A stretch of 64,000 bases of DNA from Dictyostelium discoideum (GCA_000004695.1 CM000151.3:3584001-3648000), one strand, 5' to 3'; numbered from the stretch's first letter, positions 1-12,946 are shown. Numbers and translations: made by a program. The notes: generated by a model not told the origin, from the letters alone.

Positions 1-506
1 GTTGATTACAATCAATACATATTACTTTACAAATTCTTTCAAAATGATTTCTATATTCACAACGACGAATTAATTGATTTCTATCACTATTACTATTGAA
101 TTCACAACCATCTGTATTGCAATAAACTAATAAACTATCTAATGTATTTGTTACAAATTTTGGTGGTAAACTAACTGATTTTATATTAAATGATTGTTGG
201 CAATATGGACATCCTTTTTGACCTTTTTCAATAGACCAATTTGTTAAACAATCTTTACAAAACTAAAAAACATTTTTAAAAAAAAAAAAAAAAATTATTA
301 AAATTACATTCATTACATTATTTTTTTTTAAAATTATAATAGTTTACCATTTGTCTGCAATTTGGTTCGACTACTGGTTCCAAAAGTGGTAATAAGCAAA
401 TCATACATTCTAACTCTTTATCAATTTCAATTGGTTCTTTATAATTGTAAGTGATAGTTTGTAAATTTTTAATTTCATTACCATTTATTTCATAATTAAT
501 TGCCAT
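1..506 (-). CDS. RING/TRAF-type zinc-finger protein, partial. The gene runs toward position 1, so the 3' end is outside the window. Exon 1 spans ~506..330, then an AT-rich intron, then exon 2 ~262..1.
   Basis: Minus-strand ORF 318..578; the real start is probably the internal Met (MAINYEINGNE...) at 506. Spliced product is ...ECMICLLPLLEPVVEPNCRQM|FVKDCLTNWSIEKGQKGCPYCQQSF...VYCNTDGCEFNSNSDRNQLIRRCEYRNHFERICKVICIDCNQ. Cys spacing C-x2-C-x11-C...C-x2-C is RING-like, followed by a TRAF-type Cys/His finger pattern. Donor GTAAAC..., acceptor ..ttttag. Confidence 0.4.
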
Positions 507-649
507 TTTTTTTTTTTTTTTTAACTCTGAAAATAAAAAAAAAAAACAAATCAAAAAAAAAAAAAAAAAACAAATCACAAAAAAAAAAAAAAAAAAAGAA
601 TTAAAAAAATTAAAATTAAGATATTTTTATTTGATTTCAAAGAAAATTA

Positions 650-946
650 TTATGTATAATTATTTTTTCTTTTTTTAAATACAAGAATAATGTTTATTAT
701 AGATAAAATTATCAAAACAACCAAAAAAATAATTATTGCTATCATGAAATGAGTAGTGGATTTATTACAATCACAAGTTGGGCATTTAATATTATCATTA
801 TTACTACTATCACTATTATGATGACTATTTTCGCTACCATTTCTACTACCATTATCACTTGTAGTATTATTATTATTTTGGCTACCACTACTATTATTAT
901 TTATACATTCACCTGCCATACATGTCATTGGAATTACTGGTAACAT
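650..946 (-). CDS. Small Cys-rich membrane protein (hypothetical). Possibly has an upstream exon, since the reading frame stays open to an ..AG acceptor at ~1078.
   Basis: 98-aa ORF MLPVIPMTCMAGEC...NIKCPTCDCNKSTTHFMIAIIIFLVVLIILSIINIILVFKKRK with a C-terminal hydrophobic TM segment and basic stop-transfer. The upstream in-frame extension ELHTCNCTTYCGFILDGLISAVEGDAFFNCSNSNNCVFSQNVINQ is also Cys-rich. Confidence 0.25.
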   Translation of the reverse strand: MLPVIPMTCMAGECINNNSSGSQNNNNTTSDNGSRNGSENSHHNSDSSNNDNIKCPTCDCNKSTTHFMIAIIIFLVVLIILSIINIILVFKKRKNNYT

Positions 947-1212
947 TTGGTTAATAACATTTTGGCTAAAAACACAATTATTACTATTACTACAATTAAA
1001 AAAAGCATCTCCTTCAACAGCTGATATTAAACCATCAAGGATAAATCCACAATAGGTCGTGCAATTACATGTATGTAATTCTTTAAAATATTAATATTTT
1101 AAAGAAAATATTAATATTTTTTAAAAAAAAAAAAAAATACTTTTTTTTTTTTTATTTATTTATTTTATTACCTTTTTTTTTTATATATATTTATGTATAT
1201 GTTATTTTTTTT

Positions 1213-2044
1213 TCAAAAACCAATAACGGTTTTATTTAACTTTGTAATATTATCAGCTATGATTCCATCAACACCCAATTCTTTTTGAATTTTTACATTA
1301 ACAGGATCAACACTGGAAAAAAAAAAATAAATGTTAATATCTTTTTATAGATAAATTAAAAAATTAAAAAATTAAAATAAAATAATATAAAAAAACTTAC
1401 TTTTTACTACCATAAGTGAATAATAATAAATTATCACTATGAATTAAATTTACAAAAGAATGATTATTTAAAATTGTTTGACTATCACAAACAATACCAT
1501 CCAAATTTACAGTTTTAACAAAAGATATTGCATTTGTAATGCTATTACCTCTATTATCATTAATATTTACATCTGGGTCGAATTCTTCAAAGAATGTTGG
1601 TGTATCACAACAAACTAAAAATAAAACTGGATATCTAAATTGTTTAGTTCTTAATAAAATTGCGATATCTGGATCAAATGTTAAAAATGCAATTCTTCTA
1701 TCATTTGTTTCATTAAAAACAATCTATTTTTAAAATTAAAAAAAAAAAAATAATAAAAATAAAAATAATTAATTTTTTAAATTTATATAAATTAAAGGGA
1801 GAGATTAAGATTTAAAAAATTACATACATTTAAAATTATATCAATAAATTCATTTCTTTCAGGTGCTTTAAACTTACGTAAATTTTGCATTGCTAAATTT
1901 GGATATTTAATTTCAATCATAAAACCAATTTCTTGTGGTACTAAATGAAAAGCATCTTGAAGTGTTGAAAAACGATCATGAATGATACTAGATGGTCTAA
2001 TTGTATTATTATTTTTATTATTATTATTATTATTATTATCATTA

Positions 2045-2100
<56 letters not shown>

Positions 2101-3927
2101 GTTGTTATTATTATCACTGACAACCAAATTACTATTACATTGTGTAACATTTTCTAAAAATGAGGAAGGATCAAATGAAGTTGAAGATGGACAACTTGAT
2201 AATGATAATAGATCACTTGTACTCTTTGAAATACGTAATGATTTTAATCTTTTCAATTTTTGACTAATTAAATCACTTTTGTTTGTTGTCGGTTTCACCT
2301 TTAAAAATTGTTCCAATGTTAAACGATTGATTGTCTCTTTCATTGTGAAACCTTCATTTGTTTCAATTTCAATTTCATAATCATGGAAAATCACTGGTAC
2401 ACCATCAAAGGTTAATTGTAAATCGAATTCCACCATTTTAGCTCCAAATTGAGCCGCTGTTAAAAATGATAAAATTGTATTCTCTGTGACAGCGTTTGCA
2501 TTGATACCAAAATTGTTCTTACCATTACCACGATGTCCAATTAATGTTTGAGGTTGTTCAACGAATGAATGCCAAAGATTTGATAGTGAATTTTGAGGAT
2601 GAGAAAATGGTGTCACCACTAAATAGTTGCAACGAAATTCACCAATTGGGAAATACTTCTCCCCAATTATTGGAGTATATAACTTACCCCATAAATCTGT
2701 CGAAACTTGATTAGAACAAATATATGATTTACCTAAAACTTTATAACCATTTGGTGATGATGGATATGATGTTGGAGATGATGCACCATTACTACCAATA
2801 TTACTATTGGCTGTGGCGGTGGTGGTAGTGGTAGTAGTAGTAGTTGTATTGTTGGTAGTGGTGGTAATTGGTAAATTCAAACCATCTTTTAATAATAAAG
2901 TTACACTAAAACTAAAAGAAGATAATGAATGAGTATGTAATACCAATTCGGTGAAACCAGTCATTGGTAAATGAAAATCTTGTGATAAACCAAATGGATC
3001 ATGTAAACGAAGTACCAATTGATTTTGTTCAATTAGATGATCATATAGATGAACTGGTGATTGATTATCGTCACATTGTAATTGAATACGTAATTGATAT
3101 TCATCCTCTGGTAACCAACCTCTACCAATCCATGGTTTTGAACCAGACTCTAATACTCCAAATAACCCATCATTAACAAACATATCAATACCTTCAATTG
3201 ATAATGTTCTACTCAATCCCTTACTTGCTTCCCATTCAACTAAATTTGATTTACTTGTAATTGATGACGATGACGATGATGTTGATGTGATTGATGATGT
3301 TGACCCATTGCTATTAATTAATTGATTTCTGTGATGATGATGATGATGATGATTATTTTGATTTTGATGATTACTATTATTACTATTTGATTTAATGATA
3401 TATTTATAATTGATTCTAGTTGCTTTTGGGAATGATAAAATTATAGTCCAAATTAAATGAGTATCTGTACATTCGGAATTAACCATTTGAGGTGCATCCT
3501 TTGATTTCCAATTTCCAATCTCTGCACTATCACCAATGATTGCTAAAACATTATTCTCTCTAACGTATCCAATTGGTGTTTCAACTTTAAATGTTACTCT
3601 TGTTAATAATACTTCATGTGGTAATATATTCCTACTTCTTTTGACTTCACAAGAATCTCCACCACCATCTCCTCCAATTAATGGTGTTGATGTTGTTGTT
3701 GTTGTTGTACTACTATTATTAATATTACTGCCTTTATTACTATTATTATTATTATTATTATTATTACTAGAAAATGATATATTATCATCATTATGGTGGT
3801 GGTTTCCAAAATTATTTATTTCATTATTATTATTATTACTATTACTATTACTATTACTGCTGCTACTGTTGTCGATGTTATCCTCTTTTAATTTTTTAAT
3901 TTTTGTTATTGGAGATGAAATTACCAT
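1213..3927 (-). CDS. Glycerophosphodiester phosphodiesterase with N-terminal CBM20 starch-binding domain (GPCPD1/GDE5-like), 3 exons: 3927..1828, 1723..1401, 1312..1213.
   Basis: Exon 1 ORF 1792..3927 contains a CBM20-like segment (VTFKVETPIGYVRENNVLAIIGDSAEIGNWK...THLIWTIILSFPKATRINYKYIIK). It also contains a GDPD catalytic motif (HRGNGKN...ENTILSFLTAAQFGAKMVEFDLQLTFDGVPVIFHDYE). Donor GTATGT after ..IDIILN at 1827-1822 (minus). Exon 2 reads IVFNETNDRRIAFLTFDPDIAILLRTKQFRYPVLFLVCCDTPTFFEEFDPDVNINDNRGNSITNAISFVKTVNLDGIVCDSQTILNNHSFVNLIHSDNLLLFTYGSKK, donor GTAAGT. Exon 3 reads VDPVNVKIQKELGVDGIIADNITKLNKTVIGF* (GVDGIITD-like GDPD C-terminus), stop TGA at 1215-1213. Long poly-N/poly-H insertions are typical of Dictyostelium. 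Confidence 0.8.
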
Positions 3928-5045
3928 ATTTAAAGTTTTTTTTTTTTTTTTAAAGGTTTGTGAAATTATTATTATTATGTATGTTATAGTTTTGGTATTA
4001 TATTATTAATAATTTTTTTTTTTTTTTTTTAATGTACAATTTTAATTATATGAAAGGAAGAAAAAATAAAAAAAATAAAAAAAAAAACAAAAAAAAAAAA
4101 AAATGGAAAATTATAATTTAATTTTGAGGGTTTTGTTGTTATTATAAATAAAAAATTAAAAAAAAAAAAAAAAACTGAAACTAAACCGAGTTGTTGTTTA
4201 TTTTTGAGAGAAAAAAGTAAAAAAAAAAATTAAAAAAAAAAAAAAAAAAAAAAAGATATTTTTTAATAATATGGTGTTAGATTACTATTATAAAGAACCA
4301 ACAGTCACGCCTGTTTGCAAATATGTCATAATTTAATTTAATTTATTTTTTTTGAATTTTTTTCTTTTTTTTTTTTTTTAGAATTTTCAACCTTTAGAAA
4401 AAAAATCTTTTATTTTTTTTTTTAATTTTTTTTTTTTTTTTCTTTAGATTTCTTTTTCCTTTTTTCCAACTTATTTGACCACGAGCTCGTGGGTTCGAAA
4501 TGCCCATACTCGTTTAATTTGGATAATTTTCGGGTTTGTGTGTGAAAAAAACAATATACATATAATGAATAGTAATAATAATAATAATAATATTTACCTT
4601 TTTCCATTTTTTTTTTAAAAAAAAAAAACTTATTGAATTTAAATAAATAAAAATTTATACATACAAAGTTTAAAAAAAAAAAAAAAAAACAATTTTTTTT
4701 TTTTAATTATTCATAATTTTTTTTTATTAAAAAAAAAAATAAATAAAAAAAAAAAAAATTAAAAAAAATAAAATTTAAATTGATTCGCCACACAGGTAGT
4801 ATATTTTTAAAAGAAATATTTTTTAATTTAAAAATGAATAAAATGTGATTTCTTTTTTTTTGTTTTATTTTTTATTTTTTTTTTTGTTGTGCACTTAAAA
4901 AAAAAAAAAAATTAATTAAATTAATTTTTTAAAAAAAAAAATAAATAAAATAACATAAAATTTAGGTGTAACAAAAAAAATTTTGCTTTTTTGATTTTTT
5001 CAAATATTTCATTATTTATTTGAATATGAAATTTTAAATCTTAAG

Positions 5046-5077
<32 letters not shown>

Positions 5078-5327
5078 ATGCATTTTTTTAAAAAGAAAAA
5101 GAAAAAGAAAAATATGAAAATAAAAAAATAAAAAAAAAATCTTTTTCAAAACAAAAAAAAAATAAAAAAAAATAAAAAAAAAAAAAAAATAAAAAAAAAA
5201 TTCAATTTTTTTATTTATTGTCATTGTTATTTTATTTGTACCATTTATTTATTTTACTTTTTATTTATAAACAAAAAAATACATTAAAATTATTTAAACA
5301 ATAAATTGAAAAAAAAAAAAAAAATAA

Positions 5328-6803
5328 ATGACCAATGAAGAGGAACAACAAACAACAAATCAACAACAACAGCAACCAACACCACAATTAGTTATAAATG
5401 ATTTAGATAGTATATTATCACCAATAGGTGGTGGTGGTAGAGTAAAGTATACATGTTTAGATGTTTCAAAAAGATATTTAGCATTGGGTGCAAATACTGG
5501 TAGTTTATATTTCTTTGAAAGGAAATCAATGTCATCAATAATTCCAAAGAATAAAAATCAAGATAATCAACAACAACTACAACCACAACTACAACAACCA
5601 CAATCATATTTATTACCAACAGTTAAAATATTTACAAATGAAAATTTATCATTCACACAAATTTTATCATTAAATGATATAAGGGATCAAATTTCAATTA
5701 TAAAGATAAATCCATGTAATGATAATTTAGTAGCGATTGCAACACATAAGACCATATTCATCATTGAACCGAATATATCAATTCGTAGAGAGAAAGAGAA
5801 AGTATTGGTCAAGATGACAGATCATCCAAAAGATGCAGAAATTACAACATTGATATGGAGTCATTGCGGTGGTTATTTATTTAGTGGCGATGATTTGGGT
5901 AACCTTTATTGTTGTTCCGTCACAAAAGCTAGAAAATCATTCTTTTTCTCTGCTGACCTAGTTTATAAATGTGATTCAAAACTTGTACAATTGGATATAA
6001 TACCATCGATACCAACAATAACAAATACACAACTACACCAGGATATTCAATTAACCACAAACTCAAATTCAAATTCGAATAATTCGTCATTAAATAATCA
6101 TCATCAACAACAACAAAATATTGTACATACTATACCAATAACAAATTCAATACCACCAGTAAACTCAATCACTATTTCAATATTAGCAAGCACATTAACC
6201 AAATCGATAGTTGTAAATTTTCAAATACTAACAGCTACCAATGTTGGTAAAGTATTGAGTATCATTCAAATTGGTAAGAAACAACGTGAGAATACTAAAC
6301 AGGGTGCTTGTTTTCACCCATTTTATAAATCCTCTGTTTACACATCAAGACCTGGCAAAAGATTATGGTTAGCCGATCCAATTGATGGTCGTGTTTTATC
6401 GACTATGAATTTCACACCATCCTCAACCACAAACGAAGATGGTACTACAAATCCAATACCAAATATAATATTGAAACCAAAACCATTAATATCTTCAAAT
6501 TCATCCAATGATGCAAATACTTATCTCACTGGTAAATTCCCAATGATATTCTCAAAGTTATTACCATTTGGTAATTACTTAATATCATATGATGAATTAT
6601 CATTACTCTTAATCGATGTTAATGAAGTTGAAGTTTTAGAATGGAAATTAGATACAAATCAAATTCATGACTTGGTTGTTTATCATGATTCAATCTATGC
6701 ATTACATGGTCAAAATCATTCTATCTCTAGAATTTTCACTTCAATTCCTTTAGAAATTTTACCAACTCCTCAAGAATTACAAGAACAATCTGATCAATTA
6801 CAA

Positions 6804-6839
<36 letters not shown>

Positions 6840-9800
6840 CCTGAGGAAATAATAAGTGAACCACAATCACAACCACAACCAATAGCAATAGCCTCATTAA
6901 TTGAGGAAAAGAAAGATGAACAATTACAACCAAAGAAATCTGAATCACAAGGTAATTTTTTTTTTTTTTTTTTTTTTAAAAAAAAAGGATACTTTAATGA
7001 TTTTGCTGAATTGATATATTAATACTTTTTTTTTTTTATTTATTTTTTTTTTTTTAAAAAAAGAGAATTTAACAACTTTATCAAATAGTGATAATATAAT
7101 TGGTAGTGAAATTGATAGTACAAATACTGATAATTCTACATTATCAAGTAGTACAAATTCATTAACTATTGAAGGTAGTGCAAGTTTGCCATTAGTTAGT
7201 GAATCATCAAACCAACAACAACAACAACAACAACAACAACAACCTTCATCATTAAAATCATCAACTGATCAATTCGTTGATGATAAATTATTGGATAGTA
7301 CAACAACGACAACAGCAGTTGAAACATCAATTCAAAGAGTAGCATCAAAAGAATGTATTTTCTCAGATATTCCTTTATCATCAGAACCATTAATGGTATC
7401 AACAAGTGTTAAAGATCCAACTTTAGCTGCATCAACAACTAGAAAGGTTATAAAGAAAAAGGTTATAAAAACAGCATTACCACAGGATCAACAATTAAAT
7501 GGAACAAATAATACAGCAACTCTATCAACTTCACCACCACAATCAATAGTATCATCATCAACAACAGCAACAACAGCAACAGCAACATCAACATCAATAG
7601 GAGCACCAACAGAAGTCAAAAGAACAGTTATTGTAAAGAAAAAAATTATTAAAAAAGCAGCGGCATTATCAACTACAACTACAACCACACCACAAATCTC
7701 ATCGCCACCAATTTCAAATCCTACACCATCACCACCTTTATATGTAGAAACCGTATCATCATCAACAACAACAACAACAACCACACCAGCAGAAGTATCA
7801 TTATCACCAAAAAAAGAAGAAACTACAATAGCACCAACACCAACACCAATACCAACATCAGCAACAACAGTTACAGCTAATAATATACAACAGGGTATTT
7901 TTAAAACATTAAATTCAGCTACATCATCATTCTTGGAGATTAAGCAATTTGCATTAAATAAAACAAATGAAATTAAATCTGATATTACACATAAAATTTT
8001 AGGTCCATCAAGTGGTGATGATATAAATTCAAGTAATAATACAAATGTAACATTAAATAATACAACAACAGCAACAGCAACAGCAACAACAGCAACAACA
8101 ATAACAGATAATTTAAATACAACAATAGTAAATGAACAACAATCACAACAACATCCAATTGAAGTTTTAGAGAAATTAACCAAACAAACCTATGAATCTT
8201 TACAACAATATAAAGAGAATAAGACAAAAACAACATCATTTGAACCAATGTTACAAATTTGGGTACAATTATTTAATTCTATCGAAGATAGTGTTATTCC
8301 AAGTGATATGATAAAAGATATAGTTACAAGTTGTTTCTGTTTTGGTATAAATTTGAAATCTACTAAAGAGTGTAGTACTGGTGGTGGTAGTGGTAGTGGT
8401 GGAAATGGTAAAAGTTTAACACATACAAATAAACTTTGTAAGTGTTGGAATGAACAATTAGCAATTGAATTCATTAAAGAGTATTATCAATTTTTAAATA
8501 CCAATAGAGTTTATTTAAATTCAAATGAACGTAAATGGGATAGATGTATAGAACAATTGGTTGAATTTGAATCATTTACAAAACAAGAATCAAAGATAAT
8601 CTCAACCATTTATCAATTCATTGATTCTTCAGATTCTTCAACTTGTTTAACATTATTGGATAGTCATTGTTCAAATGATTATGGATTATTATTTAGATTC
8701 TTAAATCAATTATTAGAATTGGATCCAATTGAATCTTCAAAATTCTTTGCAAAACATTTCCCAATTATATTACCAAGAAATATTTTAAATTTTACAAATT
8801 CTTTAATTGAAAACGATGATATTATTATTAATAAAAGTAATGATAGTGGTGGTGGTAGTAGAAGTAATAAAGAATTAGGTAATTTAATTAAATTTGAATA
8901 TTTAAATCAATTAATGAAATTAAAACCAGAATGTAAATTTAATTCACTAGAATTATTAGAACAATGGTTCCTTTCAAATTTAATGAATAATAAACCAAAT
9001 CAAAATCAATTATTTGAAGAAAGAGAAGATATGTCAACAACATCAACAAGAAAATTTATACCAAAATTAAAATCAAATTTAATTGAATGGAAATCAAAAG
9101 ATACTTTAATACAAATTATTGATAATGTAATTAATAATGAATATGGTAATGGTAATTTATTGAAATCATTGGAATCAATGTCTGCTGAAAATGGTTTTCA
9201 TATTGGCCTTTATAAAATTTATGAACATTATTTCAAAAATGTTTATTCTATGAAATCCATTTTACATAATCAAGAACAATTGAATCATTATTCAAAGAAA
9301 CTCTTGGAATTAACCATTTTCACTGATGATAAAAAAGGTTTTTCAAATTGTTTTGAAAATAGTACATCAATTGAAATTTGGTCAAATACTTTAGAAATTA
9401 TGAAACAATTAAGAATTGATCAACATGAAAATGAAGATCAATCTGGTGAATCAAGTATTACATTTGAAATTTCAGAATTATTTATATTGGATTTAATTGG
9501 TAAAGCAATTGGTCCATTGGAAACTATTGAATTGGTTTGCAAATTTTCAGAAATGTTTGAAAAGAGTAAAATTGAAACTAAATTATTATCAGATTGGATT
9601 AAATTTGGAAAATGGTCGTTGTATGATAGACCAAAGTTATCATATGATATCTTATCACTTTTGGATAGTCATTTATGGTTAAAGAAACCCTTGACCATTT
9701 CACCTCAATTCTTAACTATGATTGGTCCTGAATTGGACCCAACTTTACCAAATAATCCATTCAAAGAATTCTTTAATAAACTTGGAACTTCAAGTCATGA

Positions 9801-10046
9801 TAGTGGTGATAATATCGATTTTAAAATACCTTCATTCTTTGAAGATAATTCACGTAGACATTGGGGTGTAGAAACTGAATTATCAACTGGTTCTTGTCCA
9901 ATTTGTACCTTATCTTTAGCTGAAAATCCTGAATCTTCATTTTTAGGTTCAACACCCGCTACAATTATAGTATTCCCAAATTGTGGTCATTCATATCATC
10001 ATTGTTGTATTGAAGATCAAGGTTGTATGTTATGTTTTTCAAAGAG

Positions 10047-10050
<4 letters not shown>
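5328..10050 (+). CDS. Large protein with N-terminal WD40/beta-propeller-like region, Thr/Ser/Pro-rich mucin-like middle and C-terminal RING-H2 finger (Vps8/HOPS-CORVET-like architecture; assignment tentative). Two exons: 5328..6951 and 7064..10050.
   Basis: ORFs 5328..7022 and 7186..10050 are joined in frame by a 112-nt intron (donor caag|GTAATTTTT at 6952, acceptor aaaaaag| at 7063). The reading frame is open from 7064. The N-terminal region has WD-like strands (YLALGANTGSLYFFERKS; LIWSHCGGYLFSGDDLGNLYCC). The C-terminus is CPICTLSLAENPESSFLGSTPATIIVFPNCGHSYHHCCIEDQGCMLCFSKR* (C-x2-C...C-x-H-x2-H-x-C...C-x2-C). Poly-Q tracts present. Confidence 0.65.
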
Positions 10051-10102
<52 letters not shown>

Positions 10103-10232
10103 AATATTATTAATAATTATATAAATATATATATATTTCATTTTTTTTTTTTTTTTTTTTTTAAAAAAAATTAATTTATTTGTAAATAAACAAAAATAAA
10201 TAAAATAAAAATACAAAATTATTTATTATTTA

Positions 10233-12266
10233 TTACTTTTTTAAAAATGATAGTGCTTTTTTGATAAAATTATAATTATTACTTTTTGTTGGGGGTTGAA
10301 TGTCTACAGTTACCATCTGGCCATCTTTTTCTTCATCATAGCTTGATTTTAAATTTAATAAAAAATACTGCATACTTTGGCCCATTGCCATTTCGAAACT
10401 TGAAAATTTTGAGGAGATGGATTGTGGAATTGTTATATTATTATTATTATCATTATCATTAATATTATTAATATCTAGAATGTGAATTAAGTATAAAAGT
10501 GATTTTGAATAATCACAATAAATTGAACAAATAAATTTAGCTAATAAAGTTTTATCAATGATAAAACAAAGTTTTTTAATTTTTTTAATTGTTTTAAAAT
10601 TCTCTGATTTTAAATTACAAAATATTAAATCAGTTAGTGTTTTGCTATTACAAATTTCAATTAAAATTTCTTTTCTATTAAGAAAATTTTTTAAAAATCT
10701 TTGATTGATTTTATTTCTATTAATTTCATCAATTTTTGATTCAATTTCATATGATTTTAAAATGAATTTTCTTCTTCTTTCAGAGTTGAAAGGTAATTTG
10801 ATGCTTTGAATTTTTTCGTGTAGTGATAATGTTTCTTCAAAAGTTAACAATGGTAAAACTAAATTAAAAACAAAATCATAACCTTCACTTTCATTTGATG
10901 GTAATGAAAAATCAATTAAATCTAAATATCGATTTAAAACAATTTCAGAAAGGTTTGAAATTACATAAGATACCATGTTTTCATAATTTAATTCTATTAT
11001 AGTTAATAATTTTTCAAAGTTGAATCCAAATTTAACCAGATATAATTTGAATAAATTTAAATCTCTATTCATTATTTTACATTTATAAAAAAGTACTGAT
11101 AAAAACTCTGGTTTTAATAATAATTTATCATATTCTGAAAGATTGTTTGGATCATCATCATTTATACAATTTGAAGCGAATGAAATATTTTCAAACATTC
11201 TTTCATCACTGGCATAGAAGCCATTATTTAACATCTTGTCAATTGCATAATTTCTAAACTCTATTGAGGCTATTGTAAGTCTCTTTTTTTGTTCTTTTTT
11301 GAAATAGTTATTTGAAGAGTATACTCGTTCTATTAAAATTTTATAAAATGGTAATAATTTATCATTTCCTCTAAATGAATTAATACTAATTTTTAATTGC
11401 TCTAATATTTTAATTGAAATTTGAATATCCAATATTGTAACTATATCATCTGGATGGTGATCTGTTGGATTGGTTTGTTTTTTATCATATTTAAAAAGAG
11501 AAAGTAGCGATTTTAACATTTTTAAATCTTCATTTCTTATTGCATCTTCAATAAATCTTGTAAAGGAATTTAAACGTGAAAAATATTGATTTGACCTTTT
11601 TATTCTCTTTAGATATTCGTATTTTAAATCTTCATTTTTCCCATTTGAATAATACAATGAAAATATAGTATATAGATTATTTAAATCTTTTAAAGCATCA
11701 CTATTTAAATCTTTACAATTATCAATAAAATAATTTAATAATCTTATTGAATGAACCCCTCTATATACAAAGGCAACGATATTATCAAATTTAATTAATT
11801 TTCTAAATGTTTTTTTTTCTAAAAAGTGTATGAATTTATCATCACATATTTCAAAACCACTGGGGTTAATATATAATGTTATTTCATTCCGATTTTTAAT
11901 TTCATTTTCAAATATTCTTAAATAAAGATCAAATGATTCTAAATCCAATTCTTTCCATCCTAATAAAAGTAATATTTGCCCTTCATCAAATCTAATAAAA
12001 TATTTATGTACATTTGATTGATTTTCTTTGGTGAATCCATTCTCTTTTATTTCATTTTTAAGTTTTAAAAAATCTTTTAATTTTTCTACAAATAATTGTT
12101 GATTTTTTTTTTTTATTATTAATTCTAAAGGTAAATCATAATAATTATATCTGATATATTTTAATTTCTTATTATATTCTTTAACTTTATTAAATATTTC
12201 TCTATTAATATATTGATTTCTAAAAATTTTAAAAAATAAATCATCATTATTTGAAACCATTTTCAC
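10233..12266 (-). CDS. Hypothetical K/N/L-rich protein (677 aa ORF), no recognisable domain.
   Basis: Long uninterrupted minus-strand ORF in a >80% AT context (a random ORF of this length is very unlikely). Flanked by a poly-A/T terminator-like region (10050-10230) and an AT-rich upstream region (12267-12400). Confidence 0.5.
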   Translation of the reverse strand: MKMVSNNDDLFFKIFRNQYINREIFNKVKEYNKKLKYIRYNYYDLPLELIIKKKNQQLFVEKLKDFLKLKNEIKENGFTKENQSNVHKYFIRFDEGQILLLLGWKELDLESFDLYLRIFENEIKNRNEITLYINPSGFEICDDKFIHFLEKKTFRKLIKFDNIVAFVYRGVHSIRLLNYFIDNCKDLNSDALKDLNNLYTIFSLYYSNGKNEDLKYEYLKRIKRSNQYFSRLNSFTRFIEDAIRNEDLKMLKSLLSLFKYDKKQTNPTDHHPDDIVTILDIQISIKILEQLKISINSFRGNDKLLPFYKILIERVYSSNNYFKKEQKKRLTIASIEFRNYAIDKMLNNGFYASDERMFENISFASNCINDDDPNNLSEYDKLLLKPEFLSVLFYKCKIMNRDLNLFKLYLVKFGFNFEKLLTIIELNYENMVSYVISNLSEIVLNRYLDLIDFSLPSNESEGYDFVFNLVLPLLTFEETLSLHEKIQSIKLPFNSERRRKFILKSYEIESKIDEINRNKINQRFLKNFLNRKEILIEICNSKTLTDLIFCNLKSENFKTIKKIKKLCFIIDKTLLAKFICSIYCDYSKSLLYLIHILDINNINDNDNNNNITIPQSISSKFSSFEMAMGQSMQYFLLNLKSSYDEEKDGQMVTVDIQPPTKSNNYNFIKKALSFLKK

Positions 12267-12844
12267 TTTATTGAAACATTAAAAAATAATAAAAAAAAAA
12301 AAAAATTAAAAAAAAATCAAAAAAAAAAAAAAAAAAAATCTAATTTCAAAATAAATATCTAAAAAACAAATATACCAGTATTAAATATATTTTTTTTAAT
12401 TTTTTTATATTAATTAAATTGATTTTTTAAACAATAATGAAAAATATATATTTCATTAACCTTTTTTAATTTTATTTTTTTAAGTTTTTTAATTTCTAGT
12501 TTTTAATTTATAAATGATATCATCTTCTTTTCAAAATGCCATAGTAATAAAATTATTTTCAAAAATGAAAATATTAATTATTTTTTTTTTTTTTTTAAAA
12601 TTTCATTTTCATTTCATTTTCCTCCACATCACTAAACATATAATAGAATTTAAATAATGTTTTACAATAAAATAATAATAGTATTATATTTTATTTTTAA
12701 AAAAAAAAATGAAAATCCAAATAAAACCACCAATTTCAACAATCATGATTTTTTAAAAATATCTTTTTTTTATTTTTAGTTGACTGCACAAAAAAAAAAA
12801 AAAATAAATATCTGACAATTAATTTAATTCATTTCAATTTTAAT

Positions 12845-12946
12845 TTTTTCAATAATAATCACTCTTTTGATTTTTTTTAATGCCAAAGATATTTTAAAAT
12901 AAAAAAAAAATTAAAAAAAAATCAAAAGAGTGATTATTATTGAAAA
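12845..12946. repeat. Perfect 33-bp inverted repeat (hairpin/cruciform-capable) with ~33-nt spacer, ~80 bp upstream of the ATG of tgr-like copy A.
   Basis: 12845-12879 ttttcaataataatcactcttttgatttttttt is the exact reverse complement of 12913-12946 aaaaaaaatcaaaagagtgattattattgaaaa. The spacer contains ccaaagatattttaaaat. Confidence 0.8.

Noticed and set aside
1539-1733. ORF 1539..1733(+)
   Set aside because: Antisense of GDPD exon 2. The minus-strand reading is conserved GDPD sequence.
1941-2263. ORFs 1941..2150(-), 1982..2263(+), 3536..4009(+), 5392..5619(-), 6736..6948(-), 7196..7405(-), 7488..8183(-), 7985..8248(-), 8190..8474(-), 9497..9682(+)
   Set aside because: They are alternative-frame or antisense readings of poly-N/Q/T/S coding tracts in the real genes (poly-I, poly-L, poly-V artefacts).
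4470-4525. tRNA-like T-arm motif (cgtGGGTTCGAAAtgCCCat)
   Set aside because: The only tRNA-like element is a GGTTCGAA box. There is no D-arm, anticodon arm or complementary acceptor stem, and the T-loop would be 9 nt. The flanking sequence is a cgagctcg palindrome. It is most likely a chance match or a tiny tRNA-derived relic, not a gene.
9965-10216. ORFs 9965..10216(-), 9983..10174(+)
   Set aside because: Homopolymer poly-A/T terminator region between convergent genes, read as poly-K/poly-F.
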